Shown: positions 54,792 through 64,000 of the stretch, piece by piece
How positions within the stretch are numbered: position 1 is the stretch's first letter
Layout: each line of letters opens with the position of its first letter
Assembly: GCA_045546075.1 (NCBI GenBank)
Contig: JAZQCF010000001.1
Span: 8,299 to 72,298 of the forward strand
DNA: 64,000 nucleotides
Origin: Candidatus Enterousia sp.
Lineage (GTDB): Bacteria > Pseudomonadota > Alphaproteobacteria > Rs-D84
Direction: 5' to 3'
Notes under the pieces: model-generated
The model's database searches: none
What the model saw: the letters and a program-made list of their open reading frames with translations, nothing else
What the model was told of the DNA's origin: nothing
Position numbers and translations under genes: made by a program

Positions 54792-56111
54792 TTATTCGCG
54801 CAAGAAATTCCGCAATGCATCCCCGACCAACTGCGGTTCATCCGGAATATCATTTGGGTTTACAATCGAAACAATCCGTGGCGACATAAATACAACCAAT
54901 TCTGCAAACGGACTTATCAATGTTTCCGGTGTTGTAACAAACGAATGTGTTGGAATACCAATTATGACATAGTTATCACCGACACTGGACGGAATTGTAA
55001 ATGATGTCAATTCGCCCTTGCTGGTCCGCAGGACGATTTTCGCGTCTATCTTGTTTCGACCGGCGTAATCGCCGTATTTCGCACTGGCCCCCACAATCAG
55101 GTCTGTTTCTATACGGTCTTCTTTGCTGCATTGACCGATATCGAATCGGGATTGCCAACCGTCCGGCACCACAAAATGCCCCTGGGATATAAGAACAACA
55201 TTGGATTGCGCAGACAAGAATTCTTGTAATGTTTTGGTGTTAACTTCGGGCCCAACAACCAACGCACGCCCAACAACCCCCGGCACAGACATTTTAATAT
55301 TTTTTTCACCAAAGGCCGGCAACATATTCATCCATATAATTGGATTGTCCGTCCGCGGATACACGCGATACACATCCATATCCCACGCCAAGACATATTT
55401 TTTGGATGCTATATCGGCAATTATGCGTGTAACTTCGCGCTCGGTTTGATAATTGCCTTCGAAAACAACGGTTTTATCCGCCCAATCCACAATCAGGTTT
55501 CTTACATCCGCCCCATGCATTGCATCCAACAATGCCATTATTATATCCTGCTCTGCCGGCATTTTTATCAACCATTTTGCCCGATTGGACAGTTTTATTT
55601 CACCACCCGCGGCATCATATGAATAATACATCCGCCCCAGGCGTGCAATCAAATCCACCGTATCGGCCAGGTTTCCCGACGCAACCGACCCAGACACCTT
55701 TTCATATCCGGGTTCTTCTTCAATAACGGCAATATCAACACCTTCCAATAATTTATTTAACGCATTTGCAACGGTCTGTTTCCTGAAATCATAGTCCGTA
55801 ACGTTTAATTCCGGCAAATCATCACCTTTGTCCAGGCGCACCATTTCAATTTTTTCATCCGGCACAACCGACACAACCGATTGACTGTCCCAATTTACCG
55901 TGCATCGCCGCGGCAATTCGATAGAAAATCGCCGTGCGGTATCGGTGGTCAACGCCGCCTTTTTCGGGAAAATCGGCACAGAATTATCATCTATGACCAA
56001 ATTATCAATAACCTGAACCGTGTCATAGTATACCGTTTCATCCGCGCCATTGTTTCGCACACACGCCCCTAAACACACAGCCATCAAAACAAAATTTATT
56101 ATTTTTTTCAT
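54792..56111 (-). CDS. Outer-membrane lipoprotein with a secretin-like C-terminal region (tentative)
   Basis: Lipobox LGAC. An N-domain-like segment (QTVANALNKLLEGVDIAVI). The C-terminal pattern SNVVLISQGHFVVPDGWQSRFDIG...TIPSSVGDNYVIIGIP...AELVVFMSPRIVS resembles the secretin core (..v.dG.tvviGGl..eLlifitPriv). Confidence 0.4.
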   Translation of the reverse strand: MKKIINFVLMAVCLGACVRNNGADETVYYDTVQVIDNLVIDDNSVPIFPKKAALTTDTARRFSIELPRRCTVNWDSQSVVSVVPDEKIEMVRLDKGDDLPELNVTDYDFRKQTVANALNKLLEGVDIAVIEEEPGYEKVSGSVASGNLADTVDLIARLGRMYYSYDAAGGEIKLSNRAKWLIKMPAEQDIIMALLDAMHGADVRNLIVDWADKTVVFEGNYQTEREVTRIIADIASKKYVLAWDMDVYRVYPRTDNPIIWMNMLPAFGEKNIKMSVPGVVGRALVVGPEVNTKTLQEFLSAQSNVVLISQGHFVVPDGWQSRFDIGQCSKEDRIETDLIVGASAKYGDYAGRNKIDAKIVLRTSKGELTSFTIPSSVGDNYVIIGIPTHSFVTTPETLISPFAELVVFMSPRIVSIVNPNDIPDEPQLVGDALRNFLRE

Positions 56112-56126
56112 TTGTTTTACCCCGGG

Positions 56127-56450
56127 TTAAATATTCATTACCTTTTCGAATTCTTCCAATGTCATTTCATATATCGGCTTTTGCGAAGGCGTTGTCAAAT
56201 CACGCACATGTTCGAATTGCGCGCGAAACCGTTCCAAGACCGACACCACATCCGGCGATACATTTTTATTTGATTTTACCAAACGTTCACCATATTCTAC
56301 AACAAATTCTAACACATCCGCCGCAAAAAAACGACCGACATAATTTTCCATTGGAATTCCACCCTTGTTGACACATATTGCCGACATAGTCTTGGCGGTT
56401 TGATTATAAAAATTTGCCAACTTAATAAAATTTTGAACTGTTATCGCCAT
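56127..56450 (-). CDS. Hypothetical cytoplasmic protein (107 aa), first gene of the cluster
   Basis: GGGGGA SD 5 nt before ATG 56450. There is a 15-nt gap to the next gene. I recognise no motif. Confidence 0.45.
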   Translation of the reverse strand: MAITVQNFIKLANFYNQTAKTMSAICVNKGGIPMENYVGRFFAADVLEFVVEYGERLVKSNKNVSPDVVSVLERFRAQFEHVRDLTTPSQKPIYEMTLEEFEKVMNI

Positions 56451-56525
56451 CTTGTTCCCCCGATACATTTTTATACATTATAAAAACTATTGCCACCAAA
56501 ACGCAATTAAATTATAATAGGAAAT

Positions 56526-56915
56526 ATGAGAATGTTAAAAATATTTTTATTTGTTGGTTTATTTGGGATGGCGGCCTGCACATCCCCCAACGGCGGCAGC
56601 ATTGATGACGCAACCATTTTGAATTGGGAAAACGAATCTGTCACGACCGAACAGTTTGTTCGTGATCACCGGGCGTGCCTTGGGATAACACAACCATCAT
56701 ATATGCCACGTTCGCGCCTTGCAAAACTGTTGTCCCCAACACAAAGTACCCGTATGCCGGATTGGGATGGATTGTGGGTAACATTTCAATCAAACGAATA
56801 CAAGGATGTTGGCCAACGCGCATTATTGTCTGTGCCACGCAACACGACATCAAAATCTGTGGGATCTTACCGAAAATGTATGTTCCGCCGCGGATATTTA
56901 TTGCGCGCAATGTAA
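56526..56915 (+). CDS. Small lipoprotein
   Basis: Lipobox GMAAC after a hydrophobic signal. Divergent from the lol cluster and upstream of ftsQ. Confidence 0.5.
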   Translation: MRMLKIFLFVGLFGMAACTSPNGGSIDDATILNWENESVTTEQFVRDHRACLGITQPSYMPRSRLAKLLSPTQSTRMPDWDGLWVTFQSNEYKDVGQRALLSVPRNTTSKSVGSYRKCMFRRGYLLRAM

Positions 56916-56969
56916 ATTTTTTGCGCGGTCACTTTTACATTTAATATAAAGTATGATATAATACGCCAT

Positions 56970-57650
56970 ATGAAACGTAACCTTTGGTTTTGGCTTTATT
57001 TTATTGCCGCCATATTATTGGCGATATACTTTGCGACGCGAATCATTATGACCTTTATGGGATATGGCCCAATATCTACGGTTCGTAATATATCTATATC
57101 GGCGGACACAAAAAACAAAGACCTGACCCAAATGGTGGCGGCGGCGGGTGTTGCACCGGGTACGCACGCATATTCGGTAAACCTGGAATTGATAAATGAA
57201 CGGTTGCTGAATACACCGGGGATTCGCGAATCGGCGGTGCGACGATTACCAAATGGGAATTTATCTGTGCGGGTGCACCTGTATCGTGCGGTTGCCGGTT
57301 GGACCGATGGAACATATTATTATCCACTGTCCGCGGATGGCACCGTTGTCAACAGCCCCAGTGAAGAAAAAAAGCCGGGTGTTGTTATGTTTCGTGGCCC
57401 CGTTCCAAACGATATTGCCGATATAACAAAATCCGCGACAAACCTTATTGGGAATTTGGATTATATGGAATGGATTGACAACCGACGTTGGAATATCATA
57501 ACCACAGATGGTATAACGATTATGCTGCCCGAAGAAGACCCAAATGCGGCAATCGCATCACTGATTGTATTAAACGACAAACATAATATTTTATCCAAGA
57601 ACATAAAAACGATTGATATGCGTGATAGCGCAAGGATTTTGGTTAAATAA
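56970..57650 (+). CDS. ftsQ: Cell division protein FtsQ
   Basis: N-terminal TM anchor, POTRA-like segment (INERLLNTPGIRESAVRRLPNGNLSVRV), and position immediately upstream of ftsA. Confidence 0.75.
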   Translation: MKRNLWFWLYFIAAILLAIYFATRIIMTFMGYGPISTVRNISISADTKNKDLTQMVAAAGVAPGTHAYSVNLELINERLLNTPGIRESAVRRLPNGNLSVRVHLYRAVAGWTDGTYYYPLSADGTVVNSPSEEKKPGVVMFRGPVPNDIADITKSATNLIGNLDYMEWIDNRRWNIITTDGITIMLPEEDPNAAIASLIVLNDKHNILSKNIKTIDMRDSARILVK

Positions 57651-59441
57651 ATGAATATGCTGGATTCATCTTTTCTGTGTTTAGACATCGGTTCGTGCGG
57701 TGTCCGCGGAATGGCGTATCGCATTCGTAATGCCGAAATTGATAAAAGCGTATATTATTCTGTGGACGATTTTGATACAGTATTCGCATTAAAATCTGTT
57801 ATTGATGAATTGGAACGACAAATTGGAACGCATTTTAATGCGGCATATATAACAGGAAACTTTGGTCCATCATATTTCAAGATGACCAGTAAAAGCACCA
57901 CTTGGCCCGGCGACCACAAAATAACCGCCGCCGATATAAAATCACAAATTGCCGAAATTGATGCCCCCGATGGATTTTATCCAATGCATATAATTCCATT
58001 GCGATATGACACACCGAAAATTCGTAATATGCTGACCCCAATCGGGCACAGCGACAGACAATTAGTGTCCGCATTTTCTGCGTTGTTTTTTGATGGCGAA
58101 TATATGAAAAAAATCCAAAACCTGATGCGACGCGCACATATTCAATCAAACGCATTCTATACGCCACATTTCCTGGGGAATTCGATTCTACGCAAAAAGA
58201 ATCAAACGATTATGTTCATTGATTTTGGCGCAGAAAACACAACAACATCCATATGGACCGACCGTGGACCTGTTTGTTATAACGGCCGCGCGATTGGTGG
58301 AAACGATTTAACCACCGAAATATCAACACGACTGAATATACCATTTGCCGATGCCGAACGTATTAAACGCGCGGTGGCGGACCTTAAATCAAATGAAATG
58401 GCACGTTTCAGTCCTGCCGATTCTGCATATGCGTTTTCCTGTGCGGATGTAAATGAAATCGTTGTTCCGTTTTATAATAATTTAATTGATGGCATTAAAA
58501 GTGATATTGCCGAATATATTGATAAATATTCACCAACACAAATTATTATTGGTGGCGGTGGCGCAAACATAAATGGAATTGACGATTTAATGACCGGGGC
58601 GTTTAACAACATACCTTTCGTCAAAAAAGACCCTGATTGGGCGGTGCGTACATTGGCGGAATATATATGGGAATGTGAATTACCACGGCGGCGCGCATAT
58701 ATTGCACGCGCACAACATATCCAAAATCGTATGAATAAAATTGTTGGTATCTTCAAACGCAAACGCCGTGTACACAAACGAAACATACCAATTTTCCCAA
58801 GCACCCTTTGTTTCGATATGGCACGTCCCGAAACATATACAATGTTTCAAACCGGTGGCATATCAACAATACACGTTGATATTATGGATGGATTATATGT
58901 AAACAAAATTGCGGGTGGTATTGATGAATTACGCCAAATCCGGGCATCTTGGGATGGACATTTGCACGTCCACCTTATGACCGATGCACCCGCCGAATGG
59001 GCGCGCAGCGCGATTAATTCTGGGGCGGACACAATTATTGTTTCGACAAATACCGCAGGATTACGCAGTGCGGTTCAAATTGTTCGTGAATCAGGCCGAC
59101 GCATTGGTATTGCACTAAATCCCGAATCTTCGGTATCGTTATTAAAAACTGTCTTGCGTGATTTAGACGAAGTGATGATTATGGGGGTCACCCCGGGTGC
59201 CGCCGGCCAAGAATTTAATCGGGATGTGTTACATAAAATATCTGTATTAAACGCAACCCGAAAAAAATATGGATTAAAATTTACAATATCTGTTGATGGT
59301 GGAATAACACCCGAAACGGCACGTATGTGTTGGGCCGCAGGCGCAGATTCATTGGTGTCGGGGTCATACCTGGCATCGGCACCGGATTTTCCGTTGGCGG
59401 TATTATCCTTGTTGCCGCCCCAAAAAATTAACGCAGTATAA
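57651..59441 (+). CDS. FtsA-like actin-fold protein fused in frame to ribulose-phosphate 3-epimerase
   Basis: aa 1-~365 carry CLDIGSCGVRG, FIDFGAENTTTS and IIIGGGGANINGIDDL. A basic linker NKIVGIFKRKRRVHKRN follows. aa ~379-585 carry IFPSTLCFD, IHVDIMDG, HVHLMT, MGVTPGAAGQEF and SVDGGI, which make a complete Rpe barrel. Confidence 0.75.
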   Translation: MNMLDSSFLCLDIGSCGVRGMAYRIRNAEIDKSVYYSVDDFDTVFALKSVIDELERQIGTHFNAAYITGNFGPSYFKMTSKSTTWPGDHKITAADIKSQIAEIDAPDGFYPMHIIPLRYDTPKIRNMLTPIGHSDRQLVSAFSALFFDGEYMKKIQNLMRRAHIQSNAFYTPHFLGNSILRKKNQTIMFIDFGAENTTTSIWTDRGPVCYNGRAIGGNDLTTEISTRLNIPFADAERIKRAVADLKSNEMARFSPADSAYAFSCADVNEIVVPFYNNLIDGIKSDIAEYIDKYSPTQIIIGGGGANINGIDDLMTGAFNNIPFVKKDPDWAVRTLAEYIWECELPRRRAYIARAQHIQNRMNKIVGIFKRKRRVHKRNIPIFPSTLCFDMARPETYTMFQTGGISTIHVDIMDGLYVNKIAGGIDELRQIRASWDGHLHVHLMTDAPAEWARSAINSGADTIIVSTNTAGLRSAVQIVRESGRRIGIALNPESSVSLLKTVLRDLDEVMIMGVTPGAAGQEFNRDVLHKISVLNATRKKYGLKFTISVDGGITPETARMCWAAGADSLVSGSYLASAPDFPLAVLSLLPPQKINAV

Positions 59442-59838
59442 TTTTACGCCCCGCCCCATATTCACAAATATCAATATGAACAGTGTTTTCCGGCAACATA
59501 TCCGCCGCAATATCCGGCCATTCAATCAATGTTATATCGTTTTGAATTGAATGTTCCAAACCGATTTCTACCAATTCCGCCGCATCCGCAATTCTGTATA
59601 AATCAAAATGCGATATTTTTGTATCGCCCGCAACATACGTTTGAACCAATGTAAATGTTGGACTTGGCACCACGGTATTTTCCCCGCACAGTGTTTGAAT
59701 AATTGTTCGCGCGATTTCACTTTTTCCAACACCCAAATCCCCGTGCAGCGCGACACAAACCGGCGCGGTCAATGTTCGCGCAAATTCGCGTGCGAATTCA
59801 CGTGTTTCGTTTATGTCTTTTGTAATGTATGTTTTCAT
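59428..59838 (-). CDS. tsaE: tRNA t6A37 biosynthesis protein TsaE
   Basis: ALHGDLGVGKSEIARTI P-loop and SPTFTLVQTY. Convergent 14-nt overlap with the previous gene. Confidence 0.85.
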   Translation of the reverse strand: MKTYITKDINETREFAREFARTLTAPVCVALHGDLGVGKSEIARTIIQTLCGENTVVPSPTFTLVQTYVAGDTKISHFDLYRIADAAELVEIGLEHSIQNDITLIEWPDIAADMLPENTVHIDICEYGAGRKIILR

Positions 59839-59844
59839 ATTTTT

Positions 59845-61833
59845 TTACTCCAACACCAATAATTCATCTTCCAGTTTTCGAATCGTATCACGAATTTCCG
59901 CCGCCATCTCAAAGTCCAGGTTTTCCGCCGCACGCCGCATTTTTTGATTCAGTGTTTTTATTTCGCGCCGCAAACCATCTGCATCTTTCAAACCTTCTTT
60001 GGTGTACAAGAATCGTTGTTTTTTATCAACCTTTTCTTGTTTTTCTGTGACATCATCAAATATTTTCTTGGATACAGTTTTTGGTGTAATTCCATGTTCG
60101 GCATTATATGCCATTTGCTTTTCACGCCGGCGCGCCGTTTCACTTAATGCGGCATTCATAGAATCCGTTATCACATCGGCATAGAGTATTACACGCCCGT
60201 TTGCGTTACGCGCGGCACGACCAATGGTTTGAATAAGTGAACGTGTTGACCGCAAAAAACCTTCTTTATCGGCATCCATAATCGCGACCAATTCACATTC
60301 CGGCACATCCAATCCTTCGCGCAATAAATTAATTCCAACCAACACATCAAATTTTCCCATACGCAAATCACGCAATAATTCTATACGTTCCAATGTTTCA
60401 ATATCACTGTGCAGGTATCGCGCACGAACACCGTTTTCCACCAAATAGTCCGTTAATTGTTCCGCCATTTTTTTGGTCAATGTCGTAACCAGTGCACGTC
60501 CATCAATCGCCTTTAATTCCGCCAACAAATCATCAACCTGATTTTTAATTGGTCGAACGACACATTCTGGGTCCAACAGACCCGTTGGGCGAATCACCTG
60601 TTCGGCAACGATTCCGCCCGATTGTTCCAATTCCCAATCTGCGGGTGTGGCCGACACAAAAATTGTTTGTGGCCGCATTGCGTCCCATTCATCAAACGTA
60701 AGTGGCCGATTATCGACGCACGACGGCAATCGAAAACCATATTGCGCCAATGTTTCTTTGCGCGCACGGTCACCGCGCGACATCGCACCAATTTGGGATA
60801 CTGTAACGTGGCTTTCATCTATAAATAAAATTGCATCTTTCGGCAGGTATTCAAACAACGTTGGTGGTGGCTCGCCCGGTTTTCGTCCCGACAGGTATCG
60901 CGAATAATTTTCAATACCGCGACATGTTCCGGTTGATTCCATCATTTCAATATCCATATTTACACGTTCGCGCAGGCGTTGTTCTTCGACATATTTCATA
61001 TTTTCGTGAAAATATGCCAAACGCTCGTTCAGGTCACTTCGAATTTGACCAATCGCCTGGACCACGGACGGCATCGATGTCGCATAGTGCGTATTTGGAT
61101 ACACCGCGACACGGTCTAATTTAGATAACTTTGCCCCGGTCAATGTATCAAATTCCCAAATATCTTCAATTTCGTCCCCCCAGAAAGAAATCTTCCATGC
61201 CCTGTCCTGGCTGTGAGATGGAAAAATATCCAACGTATCCCCATGCACACGAAAATCACCACGCGTTGGTGCAACATCATTACGTTTATATTGAATACCA
61301 ACCAATTCGCGCATAATATCGGCCGGTCCCATCATATCCCCAACACGCAAAACCAATTTCATTTCTGCATATTGTTCGGGTGTCCCAAGGCCATATATGG
61401 CGGATACCGAAGAAACCACGATAACATCACGTTCTTCCAACATTGCGCGTGTTGCGCTGTGTCGCATACGGTCCAACTGTTCATTTATTGATGCGTCTTT
61501 ATCAATATATGTATCGGTTGTTGGAACATATGCTTCGGGTTGGTAATAATCATAATATGAAACAAAATATTCCACGTGATTATGTGGGAAAAAAGCCTTC
61601 ATTTCGGTATATAATTGTGCCGCCAAAATCTTGTTCGGTGCCATAATCAAGGCCGGCCGCCCCAATTCCGCAATAACATTTGCCATTGTAAAAGTCTTTC
61701 CGGAACCCGTGACCCCCAATAAAACCTGGGAACGGCGACCATCACGAATCCCCCCCACCAAATCATTAATAGCGGCCGGTTGGTCGCCCATTGGTTTGTA
61801 ATCACTTTCAAGATTAAAAATTTTTTTATTCAC
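59845..61833 (-). CDS. uvrB: Excinuclease ABC subunit B
   Basis: [18 protein letters not shown], helicase motifs and the C-terminal UVR domain (EMAAEIRD). GTG start. Confidence 0.96.
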   Translation of the reverse strand: MNKKIFNLESDYKPMGDQPAAINDLVGGIRDGRRSQVLLGVTGSGKTFTMANVIAELGRPALIMAPNKILAAQLYTEMKAFFPHNHVEYFVSYYDYYQPEAYVPTTDTYIDKDASINEQLDRMRHSATRAMLEERDVIVVSSVSAIYGLGTPEQYAEMKLVLRVGDMMGPADIMRELVGIQYKRNDVAPTRGDFRVHGDTLDIFPSHSQDRAWKISFWGDEIEDIWEFDTLTGAKLSKLDRVAVYPNTHYATSMPSVVQAIGQIRSDLNERLAYFHENMKYVEEQRLRERVNMDIEMMESTGTCRGIENYSRYLSGRKPGEPPPTLFEYLPKDAILFIDESHVTVSQIGAMSRGDRARKETLAQYGFRLPSCVDNRPLTFDEWDAMRPQTIFVSATPADWELEQSGGIVAEQVIRPTGLLDPECVVRPIKNQVDDLLAELKAIDGRALVTTLTKKMAEQLTDYLVENGVRARYLHSDIETLERIELLRDLRMGKFDVLVGINLLREGLDVPECELVAIMDADKEGFLRSTRSLIQTIGRAARNANGRVILYADVITDSMNAALSETARRREKQMAYNAEHGITPKTVSKKIFDDVTEKQEKVDKKQRFLYTKEGLKDADGLRREIKTLNQKMRRAAENLDFEMAAEIRDTIRKLEDELLVLE

Positions 61834-61885
61834 ATTTACCAGTATAATTCATTATAATGGAAAAACAAGAGGGGGGATAAATAAT

Positions 61886-64000
61886 ATGATTATCAAACCA
61901 CACCATAAACGCAGGACGTTTTGGACCATTGTTGTTACAACCGGTGTTATTATAATCGGGCTGTTGCTTGCGCCAACTTTTATCAATTTGAATAAATTGC
62001 GGTCCCACTTTGAATCCGCGGTGTTCGAGCAAACCGGGGTTGTAACAAAGATTCACGGTGATGTAAATTTTGGTATTCTGGGGTCAACCCACCTGATTGC
62101 CCATGGTGTGGAAACCGAACACGGATTTACCAAAATGTTGGCTATAAACATACCGTTTTCGGGCCTGTTTGATTTGGCAAACACAGAAATAAATGATGTT
62201 ATAACCGCCTATGAACCACACATATATGTGGATTCTCTATCCTTGTTACATGTGAAATATCGATTGTATGTAAAAAATGCAATCATGACCTTTATGGGTA
62301 AAGATTATAAAATCATTCGTGGTTTATTTAGTCATGGCACCTTTGATGGCCAGGTCCGTACCAGCGAACATAAATACGATATTTCATTCAAAGGTAATGA
62401 TTTTAAGGTTACGAACAAAAACCTGAAATTAAACATTACGGGTGAATACTTTCCATCCGGCGGTGCCGCAGGTATATTGGAAATAAACACCAACAAGATA
62501 AATTCTTGGTTTGGTTTTGACGAACCCAACATTACACACAACGTCAAATTAACAACAAATTTTTATTGGGATGGCGGATACGGATTTAAGTTTACAGACA
62601 TTGTTGCGAATAATCTTCATGGTGATGTTACATTGGAACCAAATGGTTGGCGCACAATCAACGTTGAATCCGATAACATTTCATTTGATTTTTCTTTTCT
62701 GTCAAAACCGTCTAATTTTGCCAAAGACACAACATTAAAGGTTGATTTCTACGGCGACCTTGTATTTAATAATCATCGTTTTGAACACGTACAAATAGAT
62801 GCTGTCGGTGTCCAAGATTATATACAAATAAATAAAATTATCGCAGATTCTACTTCGTTCACCGGTGGAACCATTGACAACCACGGTGCGCACGAAATAA
62901 TGATTCGAACAATACTGGATGATAAAAAAACCGAATGTTTATTTTCCGGCACAGAAAATAATTTTGAATGCCAGAATTTTGTCTATGGCGACATAACCGG
63001 TAATTTGAAATATAAAAATCGGGTATTAGAGGCAGATATTTCATCAAATCGCAAACTGGATTTGAAAGAATTAGAATCATATATTAAACGAATTGGCGCA
63101 CAAAGTGCAACCATACGATTTAAGTTTGCAAATATGGGCGGGGTTTTCACACAAACAAAAAAATCTTCTTCTATCAAATACGATTATATTTATGATAAAA
63201 CATTATCTTGGTTAAACCCACACATGAAATCATTGCCGGCATTTATGATGGACAGTCCGGGAAATATGGTATGGTCAGGCGACAGTTTTTCATTTACACC
63301 GAACACAAACGATTGGTCTTTGTCTTTGCGCGATAATTTCTTTTATATCTCAGGCCAAGATATAAAAAAATGGTTCCCCAATATGGACCTGCGCACAATA
63401 AACAGTCTTGAATACATCATGACCGGTTTTTACAATGACCAAGGCGATGTATCAAATTTAACACTTCAAATTGCCGGCCATACATTTACCGGCACCGCAG
63501 ACAAACGTTCGTTAACCCTGCATACAAACGTTTTTGATATTGATGCGTTTTTAACAGATGAATTTTTCGAACGATACGAAGAACTGGAATTTTTAACCAA
63601 CAGTCCATTATTATTACCGTTTGATTTTTCACGCAATATATATTTAACGGCGGACACATTGGTATATGGTGAAAATTCATATAATAATTTTGTATATTCA
63701 TTAAAATCTGGGACACAAACATTTTCTATAACCGATAATGCCCGTGGAAATATGTTGGCAACAATAATCAAAGAACGTTCTGTTTATGATATATTTATTC
63801 AATTAAATAAATTTGTAATAAATGGAAAACTGTTGTCCAACGAATTTCCACTGAACATTATGAACACATCAATAACCGCAGAAATAAATCTTAAAACCCA
63901 CGGACACATCGCACACGATATTAAATACAATATGACCGGGGACTTGGATTTGACGTTTGATGGCGGATATATCACCGGAATTGGACTGGACGCATTTTAT
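61886..64000 (+). CDS. AsmA family protein (N-terminal 705 aa; continues past the right edge)
   Basis: Absent from the ORF track because it is open at the edge. ATG 61886 follows a GAGGGGGG SD. The N-terminal anchor plus APTFINLNKLRSHFESAVFEQTGVVTKIHGDVNFGIL matches the AsmA N-terminal pattern, and a long beta-rich body follows. Confidence 0.6.
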   Translation, partial: MIIKPHHKRRTFWTIVVTTGVIIIGLLLAPTFINLNKLRSHFESAVFEQTGVVTKIHGDVNFGILGSTHLIAHGVETEHGFTKMLAINIPFSGLFDLANTEINDVITAYEPHIYVDSLSLLHVKYRLYVKNAIMTFMGKDYKIIRGLFSHGTFDGQVRTSEHKYDISFKGNDFKVTNKNLKLNITGEYFPSGGAAGILEINTNKINSWFGFDEPNITHNVKLTTNFYWDGGYGFKFTDIVANNLHGDVTLEPNGWRTINVESDNISFDFSFLSKPSNFAKDTTLKVDFYGDLVFNNHRFEHVQIDAVGVQDYIQINKIIADSTSFTGGTIDNHGAHEIMIRTILDDKKTECLFSGTENNFECQNFVYGDITGNLKYKNRVLEADISSNRKLDLKELESYIKRIGAQSATIRFKFANMGGVFTQTKKSSSIKYDYIYDKTLSWLNPHMKSLPAFMMDSPGNMVWSGDSFSFTPNTNDWSLSLRDNFFYISGQDIKKWFPNMDLRTINSLEYIMTGFYNDQGDVSNLTLQIAGHTFTGTADKRSLTLHTNVFDIDAFLTDEFFERYEELEFLTNSPLLLPFDFSRNIYLTADTLVYGENSYNNFVYSLKSGTQTFSITDNARGNMLATIIKERSVYDIFIQLNKFVINGKLLSNEFPLNIMNTSITAEINLKTHGHIAHDIKYNMTGDLDLTFDGGYITGIGLDAFY

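Noticed and set aside
1-64000. CRISPR arrays, rRNA genes, IS transposases, integrases, prophage genes
   Set aside because: I found no regularly spaced direct repeats, no rRNA-like sequence and no transposase or integrase ORFs. The only mobile-element-like features are the small noncoding repeats described above.

Overview
The window looks like a compact, moderately AT-rich alphaproteobacterium-like chromosome segment. Markers for that placement are GapR/DUF2312, alpha-type AddB, SecB, LptF/G, LolE-LolD, TolC/RND and AsmA. Most of it is tightly packed housekeeping: mutL (partial), greA, xerD, trxB, serS, typA, recA, secB, mltA, ruvC, yebC, ruvA, mnmE, xthA, addB, engB, rsmI, pyk, comEC, truA, fmt, def, rmuC, ftsQ, tsaE, uvrB, and one tRNA-Gln(UUG). 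Accessory content is interleaved with it.

1. A glycan-synthesis block lies at 9.2-14.8 kb: an RgpF-like gene, four GT2-type transferases including a tandem paralog pair, and a Caps_synth gene. A separate Stealth phosphotransferase sits behind a structured leader.
2. A marR-tolC-MFP-RND efflux operon has an unusually short adaptor protein.
3. Next to tRNA-Gln, the tRNA 3' end plus hairpin plus promoter-like module is duplicated in front of two AT-rich cargo genes.
4. Many small exported Cys-containing proteins have no recognisable function. Two of them share a C-x9-GCC-x14-CCP-x5/6-C motif.

The best candidates for something new are:
- a seven-gene co-directional cluster (50.7-56.5 kb) in which lolE and lolD are split by an overlapping AT-rich unknown gene, preceded by a secretin-like lipoprotein and followed by exported Cys-motif proteins;
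- an in-frame FtsA-Rpe (ribulose-phosphate 3-epimerase) fusion directly after ftsQ;
- a recurring TAGTGRTTAGT motif that starts exactly at the stop codon of three unrelated genes, upstream of GC-rich hairpins.

I saw no CRISPR array, rRNA, transposase or integrase. All calls come from reading the sequence and translations, with no database searches.
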